Of a stretch of 64,000 nt of DNA, positions 47,966 to 59,080 are shown piece after piece. Where the stretch lies: NCBI GenBank assembly GCA_964270895.1, contig OZ185450.1. One strand, given 5' to 3'. Both the position numbers and the translations under genes were made by a program. The notes below the pieces were generated by a model. The model saw nothing but the letters and a program-made list of their open reading frames with translations. It did no database searches and had not been told where the DNA came from. The DNA is from Podarcis filfolensis (Eukaryota). How positions within the stretch are numbered: position 1 is the first letter of the stretch; every line of letters starts with the position of its first letter.

Positions 47966-48728
47966 ATTGGAAGGGACTCCATGTGGAAATTTCAACTGGG
48001 TATGAGGGGGTCCCTTCAGCAATGTGGTGCCAGGATGGATCATTGTCAACTTTCCGGGGGTTAAGTACCACCTGTACAGTAGAGCTTACTGCTGAGTTGA
48101 TATGGTTATGTCAGTAACTCCCCCCCGAAAAGTAATTAAAGCAGCAGAATTCCACTTAAGTGAAAGAGTGTTAATAGTGCCATAAAACTAGGCCGATCAA
48201 TTAAAAAAAAAAAAAATCTTTCCAGTCACTGCCATTAGCCACCTTGCTAAAATTATAGGGACCAGAAAGTTGTTTCCCCCAAGATTGTCATTTTATAATT
48301 TATTTATTTCTAGCATTTGTTCTCAGCTTTAGGCAACCAGTGTACAATAAATTAAAACAAGACAATTCCTGTCTGCAGGGTTACAGTCTAAAAAACGTGG
48401 CATGCAAAGGGAAAGGAACAGGCAGGGAAAGAAGGTAGGAGGATCAAACTATGACATTGATTCTTGAGCAGTTGTTGTCATAATGACCAGTCTGCAGTTT
48501 AGTGGCAGGCCTGATGGAGCAGTAACACTCTTTCCTTTAAGTTCCATTTTGCTTTTTTAGTATCAAAGAAATACAGAATTGTTGAGTTAATAAAAATATT
48601 TTAAAATATAATCAGAAAATGTTTTTTCTGCTTTATAAAAAGATTATTATTTTATTTATTAAATTTATATACTGCCCTAAAAAAGAATAAACAGGGTGAT
48701 AAAATGGTGCCCACTGCAAAGGCTAGAG

Positions 48729-48864
48729 CAGGCATAGGCAAACTTGGCCCTCCAGATGTTTTGGGACTACAACTCCCATCATCCCTGACCACTGGTCCTT
48801 TTAGCTAGGTATGATGGGAGTTGTAGTCCCAAAACATCTGGAGGGCTGACTTTGCGTATGCCTG
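48729..48864. mobile_element. Palindromic hAT-Charlie-type MITE, 136 bp
   Basis: 54-bp arms with 4 mismatches; TSD GGCTAGAG / GGCTATAG. Confidence 0.95.
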
Positions 48865-48995
48865 GGCTATAGTGGATGTGTGCTTAGGTGGTTGCTCAGG
48901 TGAATTGGACAGCAGCTAGGGTGGACAGAGCATATTGAGGCACACCCCTAGGAAGAACTCAGTACTCTTAGTAGTGTGGACAGTCAATCGCAGTA

Positions 48996-49173
48996 CAGTA
49001 AGCTCTCAACTTGTGTGTGGGTTGTGTTCTGGGGATTGTACCTATAGCCAAAATGACGTATAGCCAAAACACATTGGGTTCAATGGCAGGTGGAATTGCC
49101 AAAATCCTTTTCCCCAGACACATGTAAACCTGAATGTGCACACATTAAATGTTTGTATGTTGCGGTCTTACTG
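48996..49173. mobile_element. Tc1/mariner (Tigger-like) MITE, 178 bp, TA TSD
   Basis: TA-CAGTAAGCTCTCAAC ... GTTGCGGTCTTACTG-TA. Confidence 0.8.
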
Positions 49174-50490
49174 TACTGCTTTGTAGCTTCCAGCTGAAGA
49201 GCACTCCTTGGGTAGCAGCTAGGGAGAGCATCACTCTTCCTTTGGCAGACATTTTTCTTGAGGAGGGGGCGTGAGGAAGGAAACTGAGGTCATAGGCAGG
49301 AAGTGCCTATTGTTCCTTGCTGGTCTTCAACTCTTGAGACAACCAGCATTGGGGGCCAGTGGTTGGCAAGCTTTTGGAGGCCAATGCTGAATCAGAGTTA
49401 ATTTTCTGTTGTGTTCTTTCTCAGCTAGATTGAAGCTGAGAAGGGCTTTGTTTTGGGAGCTATGTTCTCTAGAAGTATGTTCTTTGTGCAGTATACTTTG
49501 GTCAATAAAGGCCATGAAATTAACATAACTGAGCTGTCCTGTGACTGCATTTCCAGAACACTTGCCTGCTGATCTTGGATTGGGGCCTCTGCCTGTCCTT
49601 TGATATCCCTCTGGATATCACAAACTGCTTGTTTGTGGAGCTCTCTCAAAACTTCCTCATTGCCCCTTACATTTCACTTGTGCTTTTGATACTCCCACTT
49701 CCAAACATAAAAATTCTCATCTTTTAATTGCAGCCTAAATAATTGCTTGTTTTGTGTGTTTTTTTGAGCTCCGGCTCTATAAGGCCTGAAGAACAAGGCA
49801 CCACCAGGCTGCAGGTTTTCTAACTTATAATTATTGCTTCTTTTGTCATTCTGATGAATCTGGGAGAAGGCCCTCCTTTTAGTGTAGGATTTCTTCTCTG
49901 CTGCTTTGTTTTGTAGACAACTGAGGACATAGGATGGGCTGTTCAGATGCTGTGCTTGTGTGCATTTACAGAGGAGTGCTGTACGAATGCAAAATCCAGA
50001 AAATCTTCCCAAGACCTTTTTACTTTTGAGAGCTGCGTCATTATGTGTTATGGAGGAGTGCTTGTGAAAGGTGTGAATCGCTGCCCATGGCGGTGCTCTA
50101 CTTCTGCAAGCAGTACCATGCTGGCAAAGCTGAGTCGCAGAAGGCGCAGCAGCTTCCATGCACAGGGCTGACTTGTCCCTATGCTGCTTGTCCCTATCTT
50201 CTGTGAGTATGCCTTGCCGACATGGCACTGCTGGGACAAGTAGGGCACTGCTGTGAGCAGTGATTCTCAGGCTTCAAAGCTGCTTGTTACGTATGAATCA
50301 GCTGTGGGATGCAGCAGTTCCACGTAACAAGCTCCCAGTTTGAATGAAAGTCCAGCTCTACTTTTGAAGAAGTAAATTATGCCCCATTATTAACCTTTCT
50401 ATTCTTCAATCAAAAGTTTCAGGCAAGAACAAAGTTAGAGATTTGCACTGATATTTATTTTTGGGTAAAGACGTTAAAATCACCATTATT

Positions 50491-50854
50491 GTATGAATGT
50501 GGATGATATTGAAATAAAAAGAAGAAGTTCTAGTAACAAGGGATAAAAATTGGAAATTATAAATTTGGGAGGTAAACATTTAAGGACAAAGTAGTACGAT
50601 ATGAATTTACTGAGCTAATTGTTAAAGAGGGATACAAAAAAGGGAGGTGTGAGGAAGTCAGGAAAATAAGTTAACTAAAGATGAATAATTAGAAAAGAGT
50701 GATTTGTGTTTGTTTTAGGTTATTTATGTTATTTGTGGTGTTTTTGATTTTTTTTCTTTTTTCTGTGAAAGATTGTATTGTTGTTTATTACTTTTCTGTG
50801 TGTTTTATGTATCTTTTTATTGTTAAACTTAATAAAATATTATTATAAAAAAAA
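50491..50854 (+). mobile_element. 5'-truncated L1 insertion (3' UTR only) with poly-A and 15-bp TSD
   Basis: TSD AAAATCACCATTATT at 50476-50490 and 50855-50869, at a TT|AAAA endonuclease site. AATAAA at 50831-50836. Shares the AAAAAAGGGRG.TGTGAGGA.GTCA motif with the L1 at 1240-1265. Confidence 0.93.
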
Positions 50855-53800
50855 AAAATCACCATTATTTGCACAAGTGCTGAATTGTCCATAATAGCTC
50901 ATCTGTGCTCTTCTCCAAAGTGGAAAGGAAATACCTTGCTGTGTAAAGCTCACATTGTAAATCCACAGCAAAAATCAAACATATATGCCCATATATGTAA
51001 TCTGAAATGTGGGTATCTTTTGTCTACCTTTAGTACTTTTTTCACAACTGCTTCCATCCCTACAACTGTGCTGCACAAGAGGGGCTTTGTGGTTTACAGA
51101 GGATTAAAGCCTGGGTTTGCCCGTGGCCTGGCTGCTCATGGCCCCAGAGTTGAACCTCCAGGGTATTGGACAGTGCCTCTCCAAGACCCTATGTAGCACC
51201 CAGGTGGCGAGGCTGGGAGAGGAGGCGACTGTTCCCTTCTTGTTTTGAAATGGCAGTGGCTCCCTTAAGAGAGAGCTCTTCATTTGAATCTCATCTGCAT
51301 TTCATTTGAAGCAGCTCCATGCTGGGCTCCAGCCTTGTTATGTTTCCTCTTGAGCAATCCCTTCTCTCTGCAGCTGCCCTTCAGTACTCCGCTCTGGAAA
51401 TGCAGTAGCTTCCTCGCCACTGAATCGTCTCTCTGTGTGGCAGAGAAACAAACAGCTGCATCCATCATAAACAGTGGAGCAGAACTTTCCTGGCTAAATC
51501 ACTGTGCTCTTTAGCGCTTGGGTTGTGGGCAAATTCAGGCGTCTCCCAGTCAACCTTGCCTCCATTGCCCAGCCCTCAAATGGTCATTTGGCCTTGCAGA
51601 TGAAATCTGGCCCACCATGCCCTTGATACCATTGCCATCAAGGTGCACAATTCTGCTCATGCTGCCAAGGCTGCACTAGCTAAATTTTCAGAACCAGGTA
51701 TGAGCACCCACTGTGGGGTGAGCAATGCTGTTTGAAAAGCTGATCTGAAGGGGCTGTGCAGCTGCTGCCGCCCCTTGCCATCTCTTGACAAGTATCTCAT
51801 TGGTTGGCCTTTGGGGCGAAAGAGTTAATCCTGCTGCTGCTGCTGCTGCTACAGCAGGCCTGTGGACTTCAGAGTTGTTAACACTTGTGCCTCTTATTCC
51901 CCTGTCCCTTCCATGAAAAATGATCCTGACAACACTTTGAGTGTGTAGGAGGGACAGCAGCAGTAGCAGCAGCAGCTGGGCTAATCCAAAGTGCTTGTGG
52001 CACAGTTCTTTTCTATGGGGGGGGGGAGTGGATGACTTCGGGAAGTGCCAGCCAAGTCTGGTGGAATTTCCATCCATTCACGTAAGCTCCTGCCATTCTC
52101 ATGTGTAGGAAGGTGAAATAAATTCAGGGGAAAGTTTGTTCATGGGGCAGCAGCACATTAAAAGGTGCTTAGCCAGCTGCTTGGTGCTTGACTCCTGGTG
52201 ATCCTTGGTAGCTCTGCTTGTTTCTTAATTTTCCTTCTCTCTGTGGGCTTGGCTGGCAGTAGGGCTGGTAGGGCCACCTGCTATTAGATGCTGCTGCTGA
52301 AGAAGGAAAGGAGAGAGCATGTGGACTGGCCTCATGGCTGAGGCACAGCAGCATCGCACCTAGGCTTCTGGGGGCCGGACGGTTCTGCTGAGAGTCTGTT
52401 TGCTGGGAGGCCTTGGCCAAACTTCCCCTTTATGAAATGGACTCCAGTCCCTGCAAGCTTTTATCTTAATTTGTTAACATTTTTAAGGTGCCACAAGACC
52501 CTTCGAACACAGTTTAGCCTCCAGACGAAAGTCTTGTTCGCCTGGACCATGAAAACCTTGCTGCCCCCTGAGCATAGGATTTTCACCAGGTGAAAGCCAT
52601 GGATGGCAGCACTTTCATTTTGAGCTTTGGTAATACGTTGCAGAAATTGTGCCCTTGCTTCCTTGTGGAGAACTGCATTTTGTGTACAAAGCACGAAACC
52701 TTTTGCAACGCTTCCAAATGGAGCAGCACCTTGGAATTCTGGGGTGTTTGCTGTATTGCTTTATATAGCTTGCTTGTTTCCCTCCCTTGCTCTTTAAAGC
52801 TTTTCATGCAAAATCTGCTTGTTGTGAAGGTGTTCATCCTGAAAGCACAATACAGTTTAGGGTTTGGGTTTTGTTGGCTGATAGCCTGCAGGGACAGATG
52901 CGACCTGAGAACAAGGTGACGTGTCGGGGTGACTGTTCTCTTTTTCTCTTACTGGCACCTAACACTTTGTGCTGGTGCTTGCGTTACATCCCAGCAGAGT
53001 GACCCTCTTTTCAGACTGGTGCTGATGCAGGGTGGGGGTGGGGAGAGCTTCTCTCTGAAATGTAGATTTCAGTTGCAGTTAGGAGGCATGTTCTGCTGCA
53101 GGCTTTGAAAATTGGTGACACCAGCAGAATTGCTGGCTGCGTGTTGTCATTGAATGTCCATTGGATGAGTGTGTTCTGCACTGTGTGCTTAGCCAGGGGT
53201 GTGCTGCCGGAGCCCAGAGGCATGTGTGACATCTGCCCCTTTCCCTTTTTGGCTCCTTCCGCCAATTGTTCTCTCTCTGCCTTTGTATTGCCAACCTAGT
53301 TTTAGCATCACTCCCTTAGCAGCTGTCCATTTTCTCCATGTAGGAGAAAACTTTGGCGGCAAAGCTTCACCAAAGCTGATCTCATATTCCCCTGGTTCTT
53401 GGTGTGGGCTGGATCATGTGTGTGCATGTGTTTGTGATTTGGATATGCTTCTAGGTGAAAACCTTAAAAGCGAGAAAAGGTATCTCCTTCTGAATTGGTG
53501 GTTCCAATTCAATTCTTATGTCTGAAGAAGAACTGAATGGGGGAATGAGACAGCTGCTCATATAAAATGGAGGGAGGAGCGTGTGATTGTGCTTCTGTGC
53601 TGCATCTACGAGCTATCACTCTAAGTGAAGCAAGTCTTTAGTTCTCGGTGCTTCAGAGTAATATTTCATAAACATCAACTTCTGCCCCTTCCTTCTCTGG
53701 ATGCAAATCTTCCATTTATCTCCTCTCGCTGCTAACCTAACTTCATGTGCTTTTGGAATGAGGGGTTGAATGGTTTGGTCAATCTCCAGATCTGTCCTAG

Positions 53801-55821
53801 CTCTTTCAGATTCACTGAAAGCTAACAGAACTTGTAGACTTTGGTGCAAGTTGGACCCCACCTTCCTTGGAACATCAATCATTGCCCTCTCCTCCTCCTG
53901 ACGCTTCCCCTCTCTAGCTCCACACAGGTGGAGCAGCAAGTGCTTTCTAATATCATCTGCGAGAGAATGAAGTGCCAACATTCACTGCAGGCTTGTATGC
54001 CTCTCTGTATGCCTAAGGAGGAGCTGTACAAATAAGCAAGGGGGGGGGTAATGGTGGTATCAGCAACATCCGCACCATATGGGTAGGCGGTGGTGCCCTT
54101 GGCCCGGCAGATCTGTGTGTCAGAGGCAGGAACCAGGATGTAGGGAGTGGAGATGGAAATGCAGCTGTCATAGCTGGGTGTGTGTTGGTTTGTGTGCAGG
54201 AGCAGTTGGGTGTGGTTCCTTCCAGGGCACAAAGCTTGCTCTGGATAACCGGGGCTTGTTCTTGTAGTCCTGTTGCTCCTTTGCTATGTTTCAGCCTCCT
54301 CAAACCCCATTCTCCCCTCTGAGCCATCTTGTGCCTGCTCTTTAATGCCGTTTTTGTTGTCAGGCACCTCCTGCCTGGGTGAAGGGATGGCTCTTCTTCT
54401 TCTTTAATTATTATTTTTTTTATAATAAATGGGTGGGGGAATAGTTCTAATGGGAACCAGCTGGTTTTCTACTGGGATTGCATGTGGAAGTGTGTCATTG
54501 AAAAAGCACCTTTCCCTGATATTTGGCCTGTCTTCAGGGATTATTCTGCTTCAGACTTAGATCATGGTAGATTCTGCAGGCCCAATCCATGCTGGTGGTG
54601 GCTTTTGCAGCTAAGGCAGAGAGAGGAAGCTGCATTTAGCAGGGGTTACAGATGCATCCCCTTGGGCCTCCAAGCTTGAGTTGGAAGAAGGGGTTCAGTT
54701 CTCCAAGCCACATCCTGTCCACTTAGGAAGCTGGTAGTTCAGTTCCTACTGTGAAGCTCATCTATTCTCTTACAATTTAATGTGAATTACTGTCTTTAGG
54801 ATAGGGGTGTGTGGAGAAAAGAAGCTGGCTGTTCAGAAGGTTCCCCATCTGACATATTGCAGCCCTTTGCTAAGGAGGAGAGCGTTGATGAGGCAGCTTG
54901 AGTGCACTTTGCATATGACAGTCTGGAGTGTGTTTGACCTTTGTTTACCTTGTAAGACAGTTAGCCTCCCTTGGCAGAAATTACCTTCCTTCCTCTGGCC
55001 GAGTCTTGCAGTTTTGACTTTGTTCCAGCCTCCTCACAAGGCCTTGCGTGATAATGCGCTGCAACCACAGGTGATGCCAGAGAGAGAGAATGCTCACTGC
55101 CCTTGCTTCAGTGCACATTGAGGTCTCTGTGTCCTCCCCCCCTGCCCTGTAATGAGAGCAGTTCTGGTAATGAGCCTCAGAACGATCTCTGGGATCATTT
55201 TCTGCAAGGTGCTGGGCCTCTGCTTCTATCCCTTTGTTTGCTGACATGGGTGCTATTCCATAAGAGCAAGGTTTATTTCTGACTTCTCAGGTAGAGCCAC
55301 CCTCCCTCTCTAAGGTGCTCAGCTGTTGTCCTCCTAGGTCCAACCAGATGCTTCTTGCATGTTGTGCACCAGCATACCTGGAACATTCTTGAAAGAAATG
55401 GCCTTGGCATAGATGGATTCACACCATATTCCCTGGCTCAGACCCATGATGGCTGCAACATGGCCCACTCAGGAACCTGGAGTGGCATTGACTGGTCTCC
55501 TATGAAATTGTACAACCAACTCACTTGTGTTGGGCTAGTGGTGGATTTCCTTAAGGCTGCTTTCAGGTGGGGGAGGGAACTCAAGAGGTATGTTCCAGAG
55601 ACCCTCTCTTCCAGTCCAGGTGACAATGGATCACTTCTGAACCAATGTAAACAAGACACATTGGTTTCCCCCTTAGATTCCAGTCTTCACACATTTGAGC
55701 TTGTTTTCTGATGCTTGGATCCAGACTGTCAAGCCCATTTTCTCTAGGAAAAGCCCTTTTTTCCTTGGTGTTAATAGAGTCCCGCAGAATTTAATTGCAG
55801 TGCATGGATCTAGCCTAAACC

Positions 55822-56005
55822 TAGCAAAAACAACAAGCAGTCTTGCAGCACCTTAAAGACTAGAAAAATTATTATGGCATAAGCTTTTGTGAACTAGATT
55901 CTGTTTCACCAGATGCATTTGATAGGGTAGCCCACAAAAGCTTCAGCTGAAATAAAACCATCAGAGTTGAAAGTGCCACAAGACTCCTCCTTGTTTTTGT
56001 TGCAA
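55822..56005. mobile_element. Penelope-like element non-autonomous inverted-repeat relic
   Basis: Left arm AGTCTTGCAGCACCTTAAAGACTA..ATGGCATAAGCTTTTGTG; right arm CCACAAAAGCTT..AGTGCCACAAGACTC. A lone arm (TTTAAGGTGCCACAAGAC) lies at about 52483-52500. Confidence 0.75.
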
Positions 56006-58354
56006 GAGAGTGGGTGAGACGGCTGCCACCCCGTCAGAAATTGTTGTTGATCCTGCAGAGAAAGAAGCATGACACTAATGCACTGATCTGCACCACTGTG
56101 ATGCAGGCAGCGAAATCCTTTGGCTGGGCCTTCATTATCCTATAATTAACCAGCTTCTTCTCCTGAGTGAGGCCCTTGTGAACAGTGTCTGTGAGCAGTT
56201 AGGTGGGTGGGGGGCTTGACTTGCTCTGGGGTCCTTACTCACAGGGGGTGTAGCGGGAAGTCCATCCATAGCGCTACTAGTTGGTATATCCCCCAACCTT
56301 GGGGAGCTGCATCGTTTGGATGCTTCATGGCTGATTTCAGTGATTTGCAGCACTGGCTGGGTTTTGGGTAGCAGTTGAAACCAAGAACCTGTGAAACCTA
56401 GTTTAAAACTTTTAAAAACAGTTTTATTTCTGATTTGCAACAAAATAAAAAATAAAACGAAAGAATCAGGAACTCAAGCAAGTACATCAAGCAGAGTCAC
56501 TAAGGATAAATTACAACACATTACTGAATATGTTTTTTCTTTGTTGATGGCCACATATTTTTAAATCTAAGATTGTCTTTCTATAACTGACCATGGGTAA
56601 ATGGTGAGTGACTCATTGCAAGGGATAACAACAGGCCTCTGTTGACTGCTTGATTCTCTTAAGAACTGATATGAAAGACTGCTACTAGCAAGACAAGGCA
56701 TACACCAGAAGAGGAGAGAATTCTTAGGAAACCACTCATTTGGAATTGCCCCCACCATGTATGGTGAACTTATCTCTTACACATGGTTCTGTCCAGGAGT
56801 CAGCCTCTTCCTCTGCATATGATCCCAGTCTATCCCAACTGGGATCAGGGTTATGGCTTGGCTGTTTCAGCCACCATGCCAGGAAACTTGGGTGGAGCTT
56901 GGCCCAATGACAGAAGACACAAACTTTTGTTTGTGCTTTGTTAACTGATGTATGAATCCCAGTGAGCTATTGACATCTTTAGTTCCTGCTGTTCTCTTCA
57001 TAAGGGAAAGGGGCCTTCCTTAAGTGAGTCCTCAGGTCCTCTTCCTGTAGGGAAGAGACCCAGGGCCTATGTAGCTAAACAAATGGCAGAGCATTCGCAA
57101 TACTGAAGTCCAGAAATCTTGGGATTAAAATGCTGTTGATTTTAATGGAATGTCTTGTTTCTGAGCACTTTCACTTGGAAGTATATTCCACAAAAGGAAT
57201 CCCACTTTCCTAGTACATGTTTTTTATTTTCTCACATTTTACAAGTTTATATGGTGATTTGTTAAACCCTGAGAAACATGAGGATAGTGTGAATTTACGA
57301 AGATGCTTCCTTCTCAGCTAGGATGGTCTCCAACTGGCACCTCTCTTCAGCATCCCTCCAGTTGCCTAAGATGTCAGAGGTTGACCTGGGGATATTAGGC
57401 ATTTAAAACAGGTGCCCTCCCACTGAACTCCAGGCGTTGCTGGTGCTCGCCTCTGTGGTTCGCCCTGTTACTTCTATACTTTTAGTTTGTGGGCAGGTAT
57501 AGAAGAAAAGCTGAATATGATGGTGAAGTTGTCATTGCCCAGGACCTTTTTATATTTTGAGTGTTCAACTTACACTTGTCACCCAGTCTGAGGAATGGCA
57601 ACAGGTATTGAAACGATCTTTGCAACCTGCTTCTGGTGGCCTGTGATTTGGCTTTCACTCAGGAAAGCAGGTTCCTAAATGCATACTGTAATGCCTGAAG
57701 CTCCATGCACCTTGATAACTCTTCTCTTCTTGGCTTAAAGATAAAGATATTAACAAATATAAGGGAGTAATGAGTGGAGATGCAAAACACAGCTTTTGTT
57801 TCAGTTTTCTGTGATGCAAATGGATAAAGGAGGAGAGGAGAAAATAATCGGATTCCCATTAACCTTCATAGCCAACCAGCTGTGAGCTGGCTCAGAAAAT
57901 AGGGGCTAGATTGCAATGTGTTTCCTAGCTCTGCTTGCCTTGTGCTTATGACAAGGCCATAAGGGGATAAGGTGAGCATCCTGAAATGAATGCTTTGCTT
58001 CCTACATGCATGCGAGCAATGGGATAGGGACGTGTCTCTTGTACAAAAAGGGACCTTGTCAGAACCTTCAGTGCAAGGGAAGGTGACTCTTTCTTAAACT
58101 GAGAATGACTGAGAAATGCCCAGGCTTCATTCCACATTTGCATGGGGGCAGGGAAAAGGAGTAGAATTGGACAATCTGGGAGATGTCCCTGATGGACCCC
58201 TGCCTAGGAGGAGGGGTTGTTAGTGCCAGCATCTGACTCCACTTAAGTTGTTGACTCATTCATTGGGGGAAAGAAGGCAGGTTTGGGAGACCCACCATCC
58301 CTGCCATCACCCCTTTGAATGGAAGCTCTTCCCTCTCCACCCCTAGATCTAGAG

Positions 58355-58489
58355 CAGTGATGGCCAAACTTGGCCCTCCAGCTGTTTTGGGACTACAACT
58401 TCCATCATCCCTAGCTAACAGGACCAGTGGTCAGGGATGATGGGAATTGTAATCCCAAAAAACTGGAGGGCCAAGTGTGGCAATCACTG
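58355..58489. mobile_element. Palindromic hAT-Charlie-type MITE, 135 bp (same family as 48729, opposite orientation)
   Basis: Ends CAGTGATGGCCAAAC / GTGTGGCAATCACTG; perfect TSD ATCTAGAG at 58347-58354 and 58490-58497. Confidence 0.95.
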
Positions 58490-58714
58490 ATCTAGAGGAT
58501 AAGAGGACAAGAGGCACATGCGAATTAGGTGAGCTCCACAGCTGTGTGCATTGTGCTTTCTCAGAACTTGGTCTGAAATATCCTTGATTGAGCGATGTCA
58601 CTGGAGTCTCAAGTGCCTTCAGTGTCTAGGAGTGGTGTTTACTAGCTTTGGAGGGTTCACCAGCCACAGCTGTTCTTGACAAGGATAGTTTGGCGACAGT
58701 GGCCCATTGCATAG

Positions 58715-59080
58715 GTAACCTGTAGACTTGGTTACGTAATATGCTTTATGAGGGGCTGTCCTTGAATATGCTCTGTAAGCTGCAGCTAATGCAAAATGCT
58801 GCTGCATGGTTACTCTCTGGGGCATCCTACTGACAACATGTGACTCCTTTTTTGAAAGTGTTGTGCTGGCTGCCAATTTGCTACCCAATTAGTTTCAAGG
58901 TTTTACTACTACTTGTGTATAAAGTCCTGTAGGATTCTGGACCAGGGTACCTGAGAAGCTACCTCTCCACCTATATGCCACCATGGTCACTTATATCTGT
59001 GAGTGAAGATCTGTTGATGGTGCAGTAAAGTACTTTATGACTCAAGCACATGTTTTTAGTTTTCCGGCACCAGTTTTGTG
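58715..59080 (+). mobile_element. L2-type LINE ORF2 C-terminal remnant
   Basis: Reads GLSLNMLCKLQLMQNAAAWLLSG...HVTPF..CWLPICY (cf. GLP..KLQLVQNAAARLL..HWLP). Confidence 0.8.

Noticed and set aside
51195-51212. CTCF-like CACCCAGGTGGCG
   Set aside because: Mismatches in the 5' core positions; not distinguishable from chance without data.
53895-53935. Branch point + pyrimidine tract + AG in intron 3 (cryptic exon or recursive splice site)
   Set aside because: The following donor (GTGGAG) is weak and the frame hits a stop. Such signals are common in long introns. The same applies to CTCAG|GTAGAG at 55290.
56249-56520. Possible solo LTR starting TGTAGCG
   Set aside because: No TSD and no clear right boundary.
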